Positions 15,476-25,237 of a stretch of 38,022 nucleotides of DNA are shown piece by piece. The DNA comes from Bacteroidota bacterium (GTDB lineage: Bacteria > Bacteroidota > Bacteroidia > Flavobacteriales > Weeksellaceae), in assembly GCA_023420435.1 (NCBI GenBank), contig JAEZWE010000084.1:1-38022 (forward strand), read 5' to 3'. The translations under genes and the position numbers were made by a program. The notes below the pieces were generated by a model. The model had not been told where the DNA came from and made no database searches. It saw nothing but the letters and a program-made list of their open reading frames with translations. How positions within the stretch are numbered: the first letter of the stretch is position 1; each line of letters begins with the position of its first letter.

Positions 15476-17074
15476 ATGCCACAAAAGGAAACACTTTCAT
15501 CTTTAATTCAGGGAAATTTCGCTAAGGAACTCTCCATTTCTGATGGAAAGATGCCGCCAAATGCGGTGGATTTTGAAAAATTAGTGATTGGTACTTTTTT
15601 AATTGATAAGAAAGGACTGGATTATTCTATTGATTTACTGACTCCAGATGTTTTTTATGATCCTCGTCATCAAACTATTTTTACAGCCATCTTAAAATTG
15701 TATCAGGAAAACCATCCTGTAGATATGATGACCGTAATAAATGAACTAAAAAGAGAGTCAAAACTTTCTCTTGCCGGTGGAGATCATTATATTATTGATC
15801 TCACGATGGGCGTTTCTTCCAGTGCCCATATCGAGTATCATGTTCGTGTCATTCTTGAAAAATTTATTTTAAGAAGTTTAATAAATGTTTCAGCAAACGT
15901 TATCGACAGTTCATACAAAGAATCAACCGATGTTTTCGAACTTTTGGACAAAGCTGAACAAAGTTTTTTTGAAATTACCAACGGTACCATCAAAAAAGGT
16001 TTCGATACCGCAAATTCTTTAGTGAAACAAGCTATCGATACGATAAAATCTTTAAAAGATAAAGAAGGCTTATCCGGTATTCCTTCTGGTTTTAAAGCAT
16101 TAGATAAAGAAACCGGAGGTTGGCAAAATTCAGATTTAATCATTATTGCGGCACGTCCTGCAATGGGTAAAACTGCTTTTCTTCTTTCGATGGCAAGAAA
16201 TATTGCGGTGGAACATAAAATTCCTTTAGCATTATTCTCACTCGAAATGGCTTCTGTGCAATTAATCACCAGAATGATTGCTTCCGAAACCCTAATTTCT
16301 TCTGAAAAATTAAGAAAAGGAACTTTAGAAGATACCGAATGGAACCGGCTTTTCCATAATGTTTCCGAACTGGAAAACGCTCCTCTTTATATTGATGAAA
16401 CACCTTCACTTTCCGTTTTCGATTTTCGGGCCAAATGCAGAAGATTGGTGATGCAACACGGTGTAAAAGTAATTATGGTGGATTATCTTCAGTTAATGAC
16501 CGCAAACAGCGCTGGAAAAGGTGGCGGAAATCGCGAACAGGAAATTGCTACCATTTCCCGATCTTTGAAAGCCATTGCAAAAGAACTCAATGTACCAGTT
16601 ATTGCCTTGTCTCAGCTTTCCAGAAGTGTTGAAAACAGACCAGGAAAAAGACCCCAACTTTCTGATTTAAGAGAATCTGGTGCTATTGAACAGGATGCCG
16701 ATATTGTTTCTTTTATTTTCCGTCCCGAATATTATAAAATTGCACTATGGGACAACGATCCTGAAGATGCACAAACCAGCACAGAAAACCAAGCTGAGCT
16801 TATTATTGCAAAACACCGAAATGGTGCCACTGCAGACGTAAGACTTTCTTTTCATAAAAATATTGCCAAGTTTACAGACCTCGATTTATTTGGTGGAGCT
16901 TATGGTTACCAACCTTCAGGATTTGGACAACAAGATGAACCCAGCGGTTTTGAAAAAATAAAAACTACTATTGATCCTGGAGTAGCTTTCGAAAAACCCG
17001 ATAATTCAACTTTTTCTGGTCTTTCCGGATCTTCGATGAATGATTTGGATGATGATGATGATTTCGATTACTAA
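15476..17074 (+). CDS. dnaB: replicative DNA helicase
   Basis: Start set at ATG 15476 (MPQKETLSS...GKMPPNAVDFEKLVIGTFLIDKKG, the typical DnaB N-terminus). Walker A ARPAMGKTAF, VDYLQLM, ALSQLSRSVE, ESGAIEQDAD. About 60 aa of extra acidic C-terminal tail. Confidence 0.95.
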   Translation: MPQKETLSSLIQGNFAKELSISDGKMPPNAVDFEKLVIGTFLIDKKGLDYSIDLLTPDVFYDPRHQTIFTAILKLYQENHPVDMMTVINELKRESKLSLAGGDHYIIDLTMGVSSSAHIEYHVRVILEKFILRSLINVSANVIDSSYKESTDVFELLDKAEQSFFEITNGTIKKGFDTANSLVKQAIDTIKSLKDKEGLSGIPSGFKALDKETGGWQNSDLIIIAARPAMGKTAFLLSMARNIAVEHKIPLALFSLEMASVQLITRMIASETLISSEKLRKGTLEDTEWNRLFHNVSELENAPLYIDETPSLSVFDFRAKCRRLVMQHGVKVIMVDYLQLMTANSAGKGGGNREQEIATISRSLKAIAKELNVPVIALSQLSRSVENRPGKRPQLSDLRESGAIEQDADIVSFIFRPEYYKIALWDNDPEDAQTSTENQAELIIAKHRNGATADVRLSFHKNIAKFTDLDLFGGAYGYQPSGFGQQDEPSGFEKIKTTIDPGVAFEKPDNSTFSGLSGSSMNDLDDDDDFDY

Positions 17075-17085
17075 ATTTTAAAATT

Positions 17086-17568
17086 TTGGGCTTAAAAATT
17101 GAAATTTTTACAGACGGTGCCTGTAGCGGAAATCCCGGAAAAGGCGGTTATGGCATTTTGATGCGTGTTCCTGAAAAAAATTATCAAAAAACATTTTCCC
17201 AAGGTTTTAGAAAAACCACCAACAACCGTATGGAACTTCTTGCGGTAATTGTGGCATTAGAAAAGCTGAAATCTGCTGAAAACGATATTCATGTTTACAC
17301 CGATTCAAAATACGTTTCTGATGCCATCAACCAAAAATGGATTTTTGGCTGGGTGAAAAAAGGGTTTACCAAAGTTAAAAATCCTGATTTATGGAAACGC
17401 TTTTACCCACTTTACCAACTGTATCATCCAACTTTTCACTGGATTAAAGGACATGCCGGACATCCGGAAAATGAAATTTGCGACCAACTTGCCGTAAAAG
17501 CATCACAATCCGAAAATTTAAAAATTGATGATTTTTTTGAAAATTCTCAAGAAATAGGGTTATTCTAA
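17086..17568 (+). CDS. rnhA: ribonuclease HI
   Basis: (M)GLKIEIFTDGACSGNPGKGGYG, TNNRMEL, YTDSKYV, WIKGHAGHPENEICDQLA. TTG start 11 nt after the dnaB stop. No in-frame ATG precedes the conserved EIFTDG. Confidence 0.9.
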   Translation: MGLKIEIFTDGACSGNPGKGGYGILMRVPEKNYQKTFSQGFRKTTNNRMELLAVIVALEKLKSAENDIHVYTDSKYVSDAINQKWIFGWVKKGFTKVKNPDLWKRFYPLYQLYHPTFHWIKGHAGHPENEICDQLAVKASQSENLKIDDFFENSQEIGLF

Positions 17569-17608
17569 AAACTTCCCAATTCCAACTTCCCACTTCCTGC
17601 CTTTTTTT

Positions 17609-17616
17609 TATCTTTG
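17609..17616 (+). promoter_or_regulatory. -7 box TATCTTTG, 4 nt before the nitroreductase ATG
   Basis: tatctttg-atat-ATG(17621). Confidence 0.5.
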
Positions 17617-17620
17617 ATAT

Positions 17621-18250
17621 ATGAATTATGTTGAAGCACTTAAAAAAAGATATTCTGTAAAAAAATTCGATCAAGACAAAAAAATCAATCAAAATATCTT
17701 GAAAAACATTTTGGAAGCGGGGAAACTTTCTGCCAGTTCTTTAGGCTTACAGCCTTATAAGGTTTTGGTGATCCAAAATCCCGAAGTTTTGCAGAAACTA
17801 CAACCTGCATTTTATAATCCATCTCAAATTTCGACCTGTTCTCATCTTTTGGTGATTGTAACCAGAAAAAAAATAGAAGACGAATATATTAATAAATACT
17901 TTGGGCATATTGCGGATACCAGAGAAATTCCTGTTGAAAATCTGCAACCGTTCAGAAAAAGTGTTGATTATTACATGGATCTTCATGATGAAAATGAAAT
18001 GCTGAACTGGAACGAAAGACAAGGCTACCTTTTATTGGGAACCTTGATGTTTGCTGCTGCACTGGAACAAGTTGATAGTTGTCCAATGGAAGGTTTTAAA
18101 CCTGAAATTCTTTCAGAAATTTTAGAAATAAATCCCGAAACCGAAAAAGCATCTGTAACTTTAGCTTTAGGATATCGTTCTCAGGAAGATCCCTTTCAAA
18201 GTCTTAAAAAAGTACGAAAACCAGACGATTTACTTTTTAAATTTTTATAA
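17621..18250 (+). CDS. nitroreductase-family NAD(P)H-dependent oxidoreductase
   Basis: 209 aa. N-terminal LKKRYSVKKFD..., SASSLGLQPYKV and a C-terminal ...CPMEGF segment are typical of the NfsB/nitroreductase fold. Confidence 0.8.
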   Translation: MNYVEALKKRYSVKKFDQDKKINQNILKNILEAGKLSASSLGLQPYKVLVIQNPEVLQKLQPAFYNPSQISTCSHLLVIVTRKKIEDEYINKYFGHIADTREIPVENLQPFRKSVDYYMDLHDENEMLNWNERQGYLLLGTLMFAAALEQVDSCPMEGFKPEILSEILEINPETEKASVTLALGYRSQEDPFQSLKKVRKPDDLLFKFL

Positions 18251-18279
18251 AAAGTTAACCCAAAAAATCAATAGATAAA

Positions 18280-19878
18280 ATGATAAAAGCAGATGTTTTG
18301 GTTATTGGTTCCGGAATTTCAGGGCTTTCCTATGCCATCAAAATTTCCGAAAAAATGCCTGATGCAAAAATCATCATCGTTACAAAATCCAATGAAGATG
18401 AAAGCAACACCAAATATGCGCAAGGTGGTTTAGCCGTGGTTACCGATTTTGATAACGATAATTTTCAAAAACATATCGATGATACCATGCGTGCTGGTGA
18501 TGGCGAAAACAAGTTGGATATTGTTGAAATGGTCATTAAAGAAGGACCGGCAAGATTTCAGGAATTGATAGATTGGGGAACAAGATTCGATAAAGAAAAA
18601 GACGGAGATTTTAAACTCGGAAGAGAAGGTGGACACACCGAAAACCGAATTGTTCATCATAAAGATATTACCGGCGCTGAAATCGAAAGAGCACTTTTGG
18701 CAACGGTGAAAAAATCGTCCAATATCGAAATGCTGGATCATCATTATGTTATTGATTTAATTACCCAACATCATGTTCCGGGAAAAGAATGGAATTTTGA
18801 TGATATCCATTGTTACGGAGCCTATATTTTGGATGAAAAAACAAAAAAAATTAAAAAAATTACGGCAAAAATTACTCTTGTCGCAACTGGTGGAGCTGGA
18901 CATGTTTATAAAAATACGACCAATCCTATTATTGCAACCGGAGATGGAATTGCTTTTGTGCATCGTGCACGAGGAAAAGTTTCCAACATGCAGTATTACC
19001 AATTTCATCCAACCGCTTTATTTTCAAAAAGAGATGGAATGCTGTTTTTAATTTCCGAAGCTGTTCGTGGAGACGGCGCAAAACTTCGTTTGAAAAACGG
19101 TGAAAAATTTATGCATAAATATGATGAGCGCGAAGAGTTAGCTTCCCGTGATATTGTCGCAAGAGCCATTGATAACGAACTGAAAATCAGCGGAGACGAT
19201 TATGTGGGATTGGATTGCAGAGCTATGGATCAGCAAAAATTTAAAGAACATTTTCCAAATATTTATCAAAAATGCTTGGATGAAGGTATTGATCCTTTTA
19301 AACAACTGATTCCTGTCGTTCCTGCTTGTCATTATTTAATGGGGGGAATTGAAACCGATAAAGAAGGACAAAGCTCCATCAAAAATCTTTTTGCTGTGGG
19401 AGAATGTACCAATTCCGGACTTCATGGCGCAAACAGATTGGCTTCAAATTCCTTATTGGAAGGTTTGGTTTTTGGGCACAATGCAGCGATGAAAACCGTG
19501 GAACTTTTGAAAATTAATGATTTTAATTTTGAAGATTTAAAAACCGTTCCTGAATGGAACGAAGAAGGCATGAAAATGATGGATGAAATGGTGATGGTTT
19601 CCTATCTCAGAAGACAATTACAAGAAATGATGAGTGATTTAGTGGCCATTGTAAGAAGCAATTCGCGTTTAGAGCTTGCCAAAAAGAAACAGCAGGAAAT
19701 TTTTGAAGCCGTAACAGAATTGTATAACTACTCTATTCTTTCTCCACAACTTTCAGAATTAAGAAATTTGGTGAATATTTCTTACTTAATTATCAAACAT
19801 TCTCTTCAAATGAAGGAAAATAAAGGAAGTTTTTATAATAAGGATTTGGCACAAAAACCGTTGACTATTCAAGATTAA
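18280..19878 (+). CDS. nadB: L-aspartate oxidase
   Basis: DVLVIGSGISGLS FAD motif, YAQGGLA, HPTAL, GGI.TD, GANRLASNSLLEGLVFG. 532 aa. Confidence 0.95.
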   Translation: MIKADVLVIGSGISGLSYAIKISEKMPDAKIIIVTKSNEDESNTKYAQGGLAVVTDFDNDNFQKHIDDTMRAGDGENKLDIVEMVIKEGPARFQELIDWGTRFDKEKDGDFKLGREGGHTENRIVHHKDITGAEIERALLATVKKSSNIEMLDHHYVIDLITQHHVPGKEWNFDDIHCYGAYILDEKTKKIKKITAKITLVATGGAGHVYKNTTNPIIATGDGIAFVHRARGKVSNMQYYQFHPTALFSKRDGMLFLISEAVRGDGAKLRLKNGEKFMHKYDEREELASRDIVARAIDNELKISGDDYVGLDCRAMDQQKFKEHFPNIYQKCLDEGIDPFKQLIPVVPACHYLMGGIETDKEGQSSIKNLFAVGECTNSGLHGANRLASNSLLEGLVFGHNAAMKTVELLKINDFNFEDLKTVPEWNEEGMKMMDEMVMVSYLRRQLQEMMSDLVAIVRSNSRLELAKKKQQEIFEAVTELYNYSILSPQLSELRNLVNISYLIIKHSLQMKENKGSFYNKDLAQKPLTIQD

Positions 19879-19897
19879 AAATTTTAAAAAATCAAAA

Positions 19898-20758
19898 ATG
19901 AAAAGACCACCATACATTACCGATAAAGCCCTAAAAGAATTTATAAAAACCGCACTTGAAGAAGATATCCGTGATGGAGATCATTCCACACTTTCTACCA
20001 TTCCTAAAGATTTAGAGCAGAAAGCCAAATGCATCATCAAACAGGATTGTATTGTTGCGGGAGTTGAATTAGCGGAATTTATTTTTAAAACTTTTGATAA
20101 AAATATGTCTGTTGAAGTTTTTATCAAAGATGGTGAAACTGCAAAAGTGGGCGATATCGCATTCATTGTCAGCGGAAAAGCGCAATCCATTCTTCAAACT
20201 GAAAGGCTGGTTTTGAATTGTATGCAAAGAATGAGCGGAATAGCTACTTTAACGCACGATTGGGATTCAAGATTGGTTGGAACCAAAACCAAACTTTTAG
20301 ATACCCGAAAAACAACCCCTAATTTTAGAATTTGTGAAAAATGGGCAGTTGCTATTGGTGGTGGAACGAATCATCGTTACGGTTTGTATGATATGATAAT
20401 GCTGAAAGACAACCATATTGATTATAACGGAAGTATTACCAATGCGGTAAAAATGGCAAAAGATTACCTCAAAAAAAATAAACTGAAACTAAAAATCGAG
20501 GTGGAAACCCGAAATTTAGAAGAAGTTCATGAAGCCATAAAAGCTAAAGCAGACCGAATTATGCTCGATAACATGGATGTTCCAACCATGAAAAAAGCAG
20601 TACAATTAATCGACGGAAGAATTGAAAGCGAAGCTTCAGGGGGAATTACAAGAGATGTGCTGAAAGAAGTGGCCTCAACAGGAGTAACTTACATTTCTGC
20701 AGGTGCATTAACTCATTCAGCAGAAAATATAGATATTAGCTTAAAAGCGGCAAAATAA
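19898..20758 (+). CDS. nadC: nicotinate-nucleotide diphosphorylase (carboxylating)
   Basis: LDTRKTTPNFR, GGGTNHRYGLYD, MLKDNHI, LDNM, ASGGIT motifs. 286 aa. 19 nt downstream of nadB. Confidence 0.95.
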   Translation: MKRPPYITDKALKEFIKTALEEDIRDGDHSTLSTIPKDLEQKAKCIIKQDCIVAGVELAEFIFKTFDKNMSVEVFIKDGETAKVGDIAFIVSGKAQSILQTERLVLNCMQRMSGIATLTHDWDSRLVGTKTKLLDTRKTTPNFRICEKWAVAIGGGTNHRYGLYDMIMLKDNHIDYNGSITNAVKMAKDYLKKNKLKLKIEVETRNLEEVHEAIKAKADRIMLDNMDVPTMKKAVQLIDGRIESEASGGITRDVLKEVASTGVTYISAGALTHSAENIDISLKAAK

Positions 20759-20966
20759 CATTATTGATAATTCAAAAAAATATATACTATTTTGTCAAAT
20801 TTACATCAGAGTATTTGATATTAATTCCGCATCTCGCAATATAAAACCCTAATAATCAACACAAAAAATAAAATTTAAACAAATATTTAAAATTTAACAC
20901 TTTGTTAATGATTTTTACATTTTTTTAACCGAAATTTGCGGCGAATTTAAAAAATAGTAAAAATTT

Positions 20967-23648
20967 ATGACAAGTAATTTACTTAGGAAGTCACTTTTCT
21001 CCACTGTAATTACACTTTCGACGGCGAGTATTTATTTTGCTCAAACGAATGATTCAATTCAAAGAGAAAAAGACATTGAAGCGGTTGTTTTAACTGGTGT
21101 AGCAGATATTGCTAAAGACAGAAAAACGCCGGTTGCTGTTTCTACCATTAAAGAAGCACAGATTGTTGAAAAATTAGGAAACCAAGAATTTCCCGAAATT
21201 TTGAAAAGTACACCTTCAATCTATACTACTAAAGGTGGTGGTGGTTTTGGAGACGGACGTATGAATGTTCGTGGCTTTGATACCAACAATTCTGCAGTAA
21301 TGATCAATGGTGTTCCTGTAAACGGAATGGAAGATGGTGCTGTTTATTGGAGTAACTGGTCTGGACTTTCTGATGTAACTTCTGCGATGCAGATCCAAAG
21401 AGGTTTAGGTTCTTCAAAATTAGCGATTGCCTCTGTTGGTGGAACAGTAAATATTATCACCAGAGCTGCAGACAAAAAAAGAGAAGGAAATGCAACTGTA
21501 AGTGTTGGTAACGATGGTTATTTGAAAACTTTGTTTTCTTACAACACAGGAAAATCTGCAAAAGGTTGGGCTACTTCATTTTTAATGTCAAGAACAGTTG
21601 GAAGTACTTATATTGATGCTTCTGAATTTGAAGTTTATAACTATTACCTTGCTGTGGGATATCAAAAAGAAAAACATGATTTTCAGTTTACTTTTACGGG
21701 AGCTCCACAATGGCACATGCAAAACTTCCAAAGTTCAATTGCCAATTTCATTAAATACGGAAACGGTGTAGATACACCAAACAGAAGATATAACTCAAAC
21801 TGGGGTTATCTTAATGGTGAAGTAATGTCTCAATCAATTAACTTCTATCACAAACCAGTAATGTCTTTCAACTGGGATTGGAAAATTTCTGAAAAATCTA
21901 AATTATCTACGGTTGGTTATGCTTCTTGGGGAAGAGGTGGAGGAACTGGTGTTATTGGTTCAGTAAACGGAACTAACATCAATTCTTTACCAAAAACTAC
22001 AGACGGACTTTTAAGATTTGATGATATTGTAGCTTGGAACCAAGGACAAAATGTTATTTGGAATCCAAATGTTGCTAACAACACAGGAATCAACAAAGTA
22101 AATGCAAATCCAGGAGTTGTAACAAGAACTAATGGTTTGGCTAGAAGAGCAAGTATCAATTCACACGACTGGTACGGAATTTTATCCAACTTCCAACATA
22201 AAATTAATGAAAATTGGAATTACTCTGCCGGTGTTGACATGAGATATTATTATGGATTTCACCCAGGTGTTATCACCGATCTTTGGGGAAATACAAAGTA
22301 TATCGAAATGGATAACAAAAACATTCCTGCAGGATATGACGTAACTTTAGTTCAAGCGCCTAGACCTTCTGCAAATCCTTTCGCTAAAGCTTTGAAAGAT
22401 GAATCTCAGGTAGCTTACAGAAATTATGACGGTGAAGTTCTTTGGGGTGGTTTATTCGGACAATTGGAATATTCTAAAGATAAATTATCTGCATTTATCC
22501 AAGGTTCCATTTCAGAACAAGGATATAAAAGAATTGACAACTGGTTGGTTGATGGAACAATTCAACAAGGAAAAATTGTAAACAAAGAAACGAGCACAAA
22601 ATTCCTTTTCGGATATAATGCAAAAGCCGGAGCTAACTATAACATCGACGAAAAACACAATGTTTTTGCTAATGTTGGTTACTATGAAAAACAACCTTTG
22701 TTCAACTCTGTATACAACTCTCCTTTAACAGATGGTAGAGCTACAGGAAGTCAACAAGTTGTAAATCCATTATTAACGAACGAAAAAATTGCTTCTGCAG
22801 AATTAGGTTATGGTTTCAGAAGTGGAATTTTCATTGCGAATGTTAACTTGTATTACACATCTTGGAAAGACAGATATAACAGATTTACTGGACTTACCGT
22901 TCCGAATCCTGCAACACCAGGACAAAATTATAACAGACCTTACGCTAACTTAACAGGAATTCACGAAATCCACATGGGAGTTGAATTTGAAGGAACTTTG
23001 AAGGCTACAGATTATTTGTCATTCAACGGAATGTTTTCACTTGGTGATTGGAAATATAAAGGAAATGCACAAGGTAACCTTTATGACGAAAACGGAACGC
23101 CAATTATGTTGAACGGAAATTCTAGTGTTGAATTCGCTTTAGATGATGTAAAAGTTTCTGATGCTGCACAAACAACAGCTGGTTTAGGATTTACTTTAAA
23201 ACCTGTTAAGGATTTAAGTATTTTCGGAAACTGGAACTATTACGACAACTATTATGGTTTAATTAATTTCAGTGATATCGCAATGACAAATGCAGATGGA
23301 TCTATTAAGAATAATGGTAGAAAAGGTGCTTTAGAATATCCTAGCTACAATTTATTTGATGCTGGTTTGTCATACGGAATTAACCTTAACAACGGACACA
23401 AAGTTGTTCTTACAGGAAATGTATATAACTTGTTTGATACTACTTATATTTCTGATGCAAGAACTTCAAATCACGTTAAAGATGTTTCAGATTTCAAAAC
23501 ATCGAGTAATACTGATGCACAAGCTCAGGCATTGTATGATACCTACATCAATAATCCATTAAATTTCTACAAAGGAATTGACACAAGTAACACGGTTTAC
23601 TTTGGTTTTGGAAGAACTTGGTCTGCATCAATCTCTTACAAATTCTAA
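20967..23648 (+). CDS. TonB-dependent outer-membrane transporter
   Basis: 893 aa. Signal peptide, plug motifs (MNVRGFDTNNSAVMINGVPVN, NWSGLSDV, IQRGLGSS), a long beta-barrel, and terminal ...SISYKF. Confidence 0.9.
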   Translation: MTSNLLRKSLFSTVITLSTASIYFAQTNDSIQREKDIEAVVLTGVADIAKDRKTPVAVSTIKEAQIVEKLGNQEFPEILKSTPSIYTTKGGGGFGDGRMNVRGFDTNNSAVMINGVPVNGMEDGAVYWSNWSGLSDVTSAMQIQRGLGSSKLAIASVGGTVNIITRAADKKREGNATVSVGNDGYLKTLFSYNTGKSAKGWATSFLMSRTVGSTYIDASEFEVYNYYLAVGYQKEKHDFQFTFTGAPQWHMQNFQSSIANFIKYGNGVDTPNRRYNSNWGYLNGEVMSQSINFYHKPVMSFNWDWKISEKSKLSTVGYASWGRGGGTGVIGSVNGTNINSLPKTTDGLLRFDDIVAWNQGQNVIWNPNVANNTGINKVNANPGVVTRTNGLARRASINSHDWYGILSNFQHKINENWNYSAGVDMRYYYGFHPGVITDLWGNTKYIEMDNKNIPAGYDVTLVQAPRPSANPFAKALKDESQVAYRNYDGEVLWGGLFGQLEYSKDKLSAFIQGSISEQGYKRIDNWLVDGTIQQGKIVNKETSTKFLFGYNAKAGANYNIDEKHNVFANVGYYEKQPLFNSVYNSPLTDGRATGSQQVVNPLLTNEKIASAELGYGFRSGIFIANVNLYYTSWKDRYNRFTGLTVPNPATPGQNYNRPYANLTGIHEIHMGVEFEGTLKATDYLSFNGMFSLGDWKYKGNAQGNLYDENGTPIMLNGNSSVEFALDDVKVSDAAQTTAGLGFTLKPVKDLSIFGNWNYYDNYYGLINFSDIAMTNADGSIKNNGRKGALEYPSYNLFDAGLSYGINLNNGHKVVLTGNVYNLFDTTYISDARTSNHVKDVSDFKTSSNTDAQAQALYDTYINNPLNFYKGIDTSNTVYFGFGRTWSASISYKF

Positions 23649-23673
23649 AAAATTAAAAATTTAGAAATAACAG

Positions 23674-23701
23674 AATCCCGGCTTTCGTCGGGATTTTTTT
23701 A
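23674..23701 (+). terminator. rho-independent terminator
   Basis: aatcccg / gctttcgt / cgggatt followed by a T-run. Confidence 0.75.
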
Positions 23702-23707
23702 TCTTTG
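23700..23707 (+). promoter_or_regulatory. -7 box TATCTTTG
   Basis: 21 nt upstream of ATG 23729; it abuts the preceding terminator T-run. Confidence 0.45.
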
Positions 23708-23728
23708 TGCAACAAAAAAAAATAAAAT

Positions 23729-24163
23729 ATGGATTACAGTTTAATGCTTAACGCACACCGTGGATTTGCTTACTTAATTTTATTAGCTTCCGCATTATTC
23801 ATTATTGCATTATTGGCTACAATGTTTGGTTATTCAGGAAAAATTTCAAAATTTTTGAGAAAATCAACACTTTTTACAATGATTCTCTTTCATACCCAAG
23901 CTTTGATTGGTTTAATTATGTTATTTTTCTTTTCTCCAGGCTTTAAAGCTGCCAAAGAAGCAGGAACTTTGATGAGTGATTCAGTTTCAAGAAACACTTA
24001 TGTTGAACATCCAACTGCCATGATTATTGCAGCAGTTTTAATGACGATTTTGAATAAAAAATTCAAAACCAACGATAAATTGCAAATGACTTGGGTAATA
24101 ATGGGAGTTATTGCACTTGCATTAATGCTTTGGGCTTTCCAGTGGAACAGACTTTTTGCATAA
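23729..24163 (+). CDS. integral membrane protein of unknown function (4 TM)
   Basis: 144 aa with four hydrophobic segments. No recognisable motif. Confidence 0.6.
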   Translation: MDYSLMLNAHRGFAYLILLASALFIIALLATMFGYSGKISKFLRKSTLFTMILFHTQALIGLIMLFFFSPGFKAAKEAGTLMSDSVSRNTYVEHPTAMIIAAVLMTILNKKFKTNDKLQMTWVIMGVIALALMLWAFQWNRLFA

Positions 24164-24184
24164 TTTTTTTAATTTTTCTTTTAA

Positions 24185-25177
24185 ATGAAAGTAGCAGTTG
24201 TTGGTGCAACCGGAATGGTGGGACAAGTGATGTTAAAAGTTTTGGAAGAAAGAAATTTTCCAATTTCAGAACTAATTCCTGTAGCATCAGAAAGATCCGT
24301 AGGAAATAAGATCTCTTACAAAGGAAATGATTTTGAAATTGTTTCGATGCAATCTGCAGTAGAAATGAAACCCGAAATTGCCATTTTTTCTGCAGGAGGT
24401 GGAACATCTTTAGATTGGGCGCCAAAATTCGCAGCAGTTGGAACAACCGTTATTGACAATTCTTCCGCTTGGAGAATGGATCCTACAAAAAAATTAGTAG
24501 TTCCGGAAATCAATGCCAATGTTTTAACAATAGATGATAAAATTATCGCAAATCCCAATTGTTCCACGATACAATTGGTGATGATTCTGCATCCTCTAAA
24601 CAAAAAATATGATGTCAAAAGAGTGGTGATTTCTACTTATCAATCGGTAACAGGAACCGGAAAAGCCGCTGTAGATCAATTGAATGGCGAAATTTCCGGC
24701 GATGATTCTGTTGCAAAAGTTTATCCTTACGAAATTTTTAAAAATGCTTTGCCACAGTGCGACGTTTTTGACGAAGGAGATTACACCAAAGAGGAACTGA
24801 AACTGATGCGAGAACCGAAAAAAATTATGGGTGATGATTCCTTGAATTTAACAGCAACTGCTGTTAGAGTTCCGGTTCAAGGTGGACATTCCGAATCGGT
24901 GAATATCGAATTTGAAAACGATTTCGAGATTGAAGAAATTAAAAAAATTCTTTCAGAAACATCTGGAGTAAAAGTTTTGGACGATGTTGCCAATAAAATT
25001 TATCCTATGCCTTTATATTCTGAAGGAAAAGACGAGGTTTTTGTGGGAAGAATCCGAAGAGATCCTTCACAACCGAAAACTTTAAACCTTTGGATTGTGG
25101 CAGACAATCTCCGAAAAGGAGCCGCAACCAATGCGGTTCAAATCGCAGAATATCTGGTTGAAAACAAATTAGTATAA
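24185..25177 (+). CDS. asd: aspartate-semialdehyde dehydrogenase
   Basis: MKVAVVGATGMVGQ Rossmann motif, active-site NPNCSTIQ, SGTGK, VPVQGGHS, DNLRKGAA. 330 aa. Confidence 0.95.
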   Translation: MKVAVVGATGMVGQVMLKVLEERNFPISELIPVASERSVGNKISYKGNDFEIVSMQSAVEMKPEIAIFSAGGGTSLDWAPKFAAVGTTVIDNSSAWRMDPTKKLVVPEINANVLTIDDKIIANPNCSTIQLVMILHPLNKKYDVKRVVISTYQSVTGTGKAAVDQLNGEISGDDSVAKVYPYEIFKNALPQCDVFDEGDYTKEELKLMREPKKIMGDDSLNLTATAVRVPVQGGHSESVNIEFENDFEIEEIKKILSETSGVKVLDDVANKIYPMPLYSEGKDEVFVGRIRRDPSQPKTLNLWIVADNLRKGAATNAVQIAEYLVENKLV

Positions 25178-25205
25178 AAAAAATCCCGCTTCATGCGGGA
25201 TTTTT
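25178..25205 (+). terminator. rho-independent terminator
   Basis: aaaaaatcccgc / ttcat / gcgggattttt. Confidence 0.8.
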
Positions 25206-25237
25206 ATTAGAACCATCAAACTTTGAAAATTTCATTC

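Noticed and set aside
20759-20966. Possible riboswitch or sRNA in the 208-nt region upstream of the first TonB-dependent transporter (cobalamin, TPP or NAD-related, given the neighbouring nadBC).
   Set aside because: The region is uniformly AT-rich with no GC-paired stems or conserved riboswitch cores that I can recognise. I also found no exact TAnnTTTG box, so its promoter remains unassigned.
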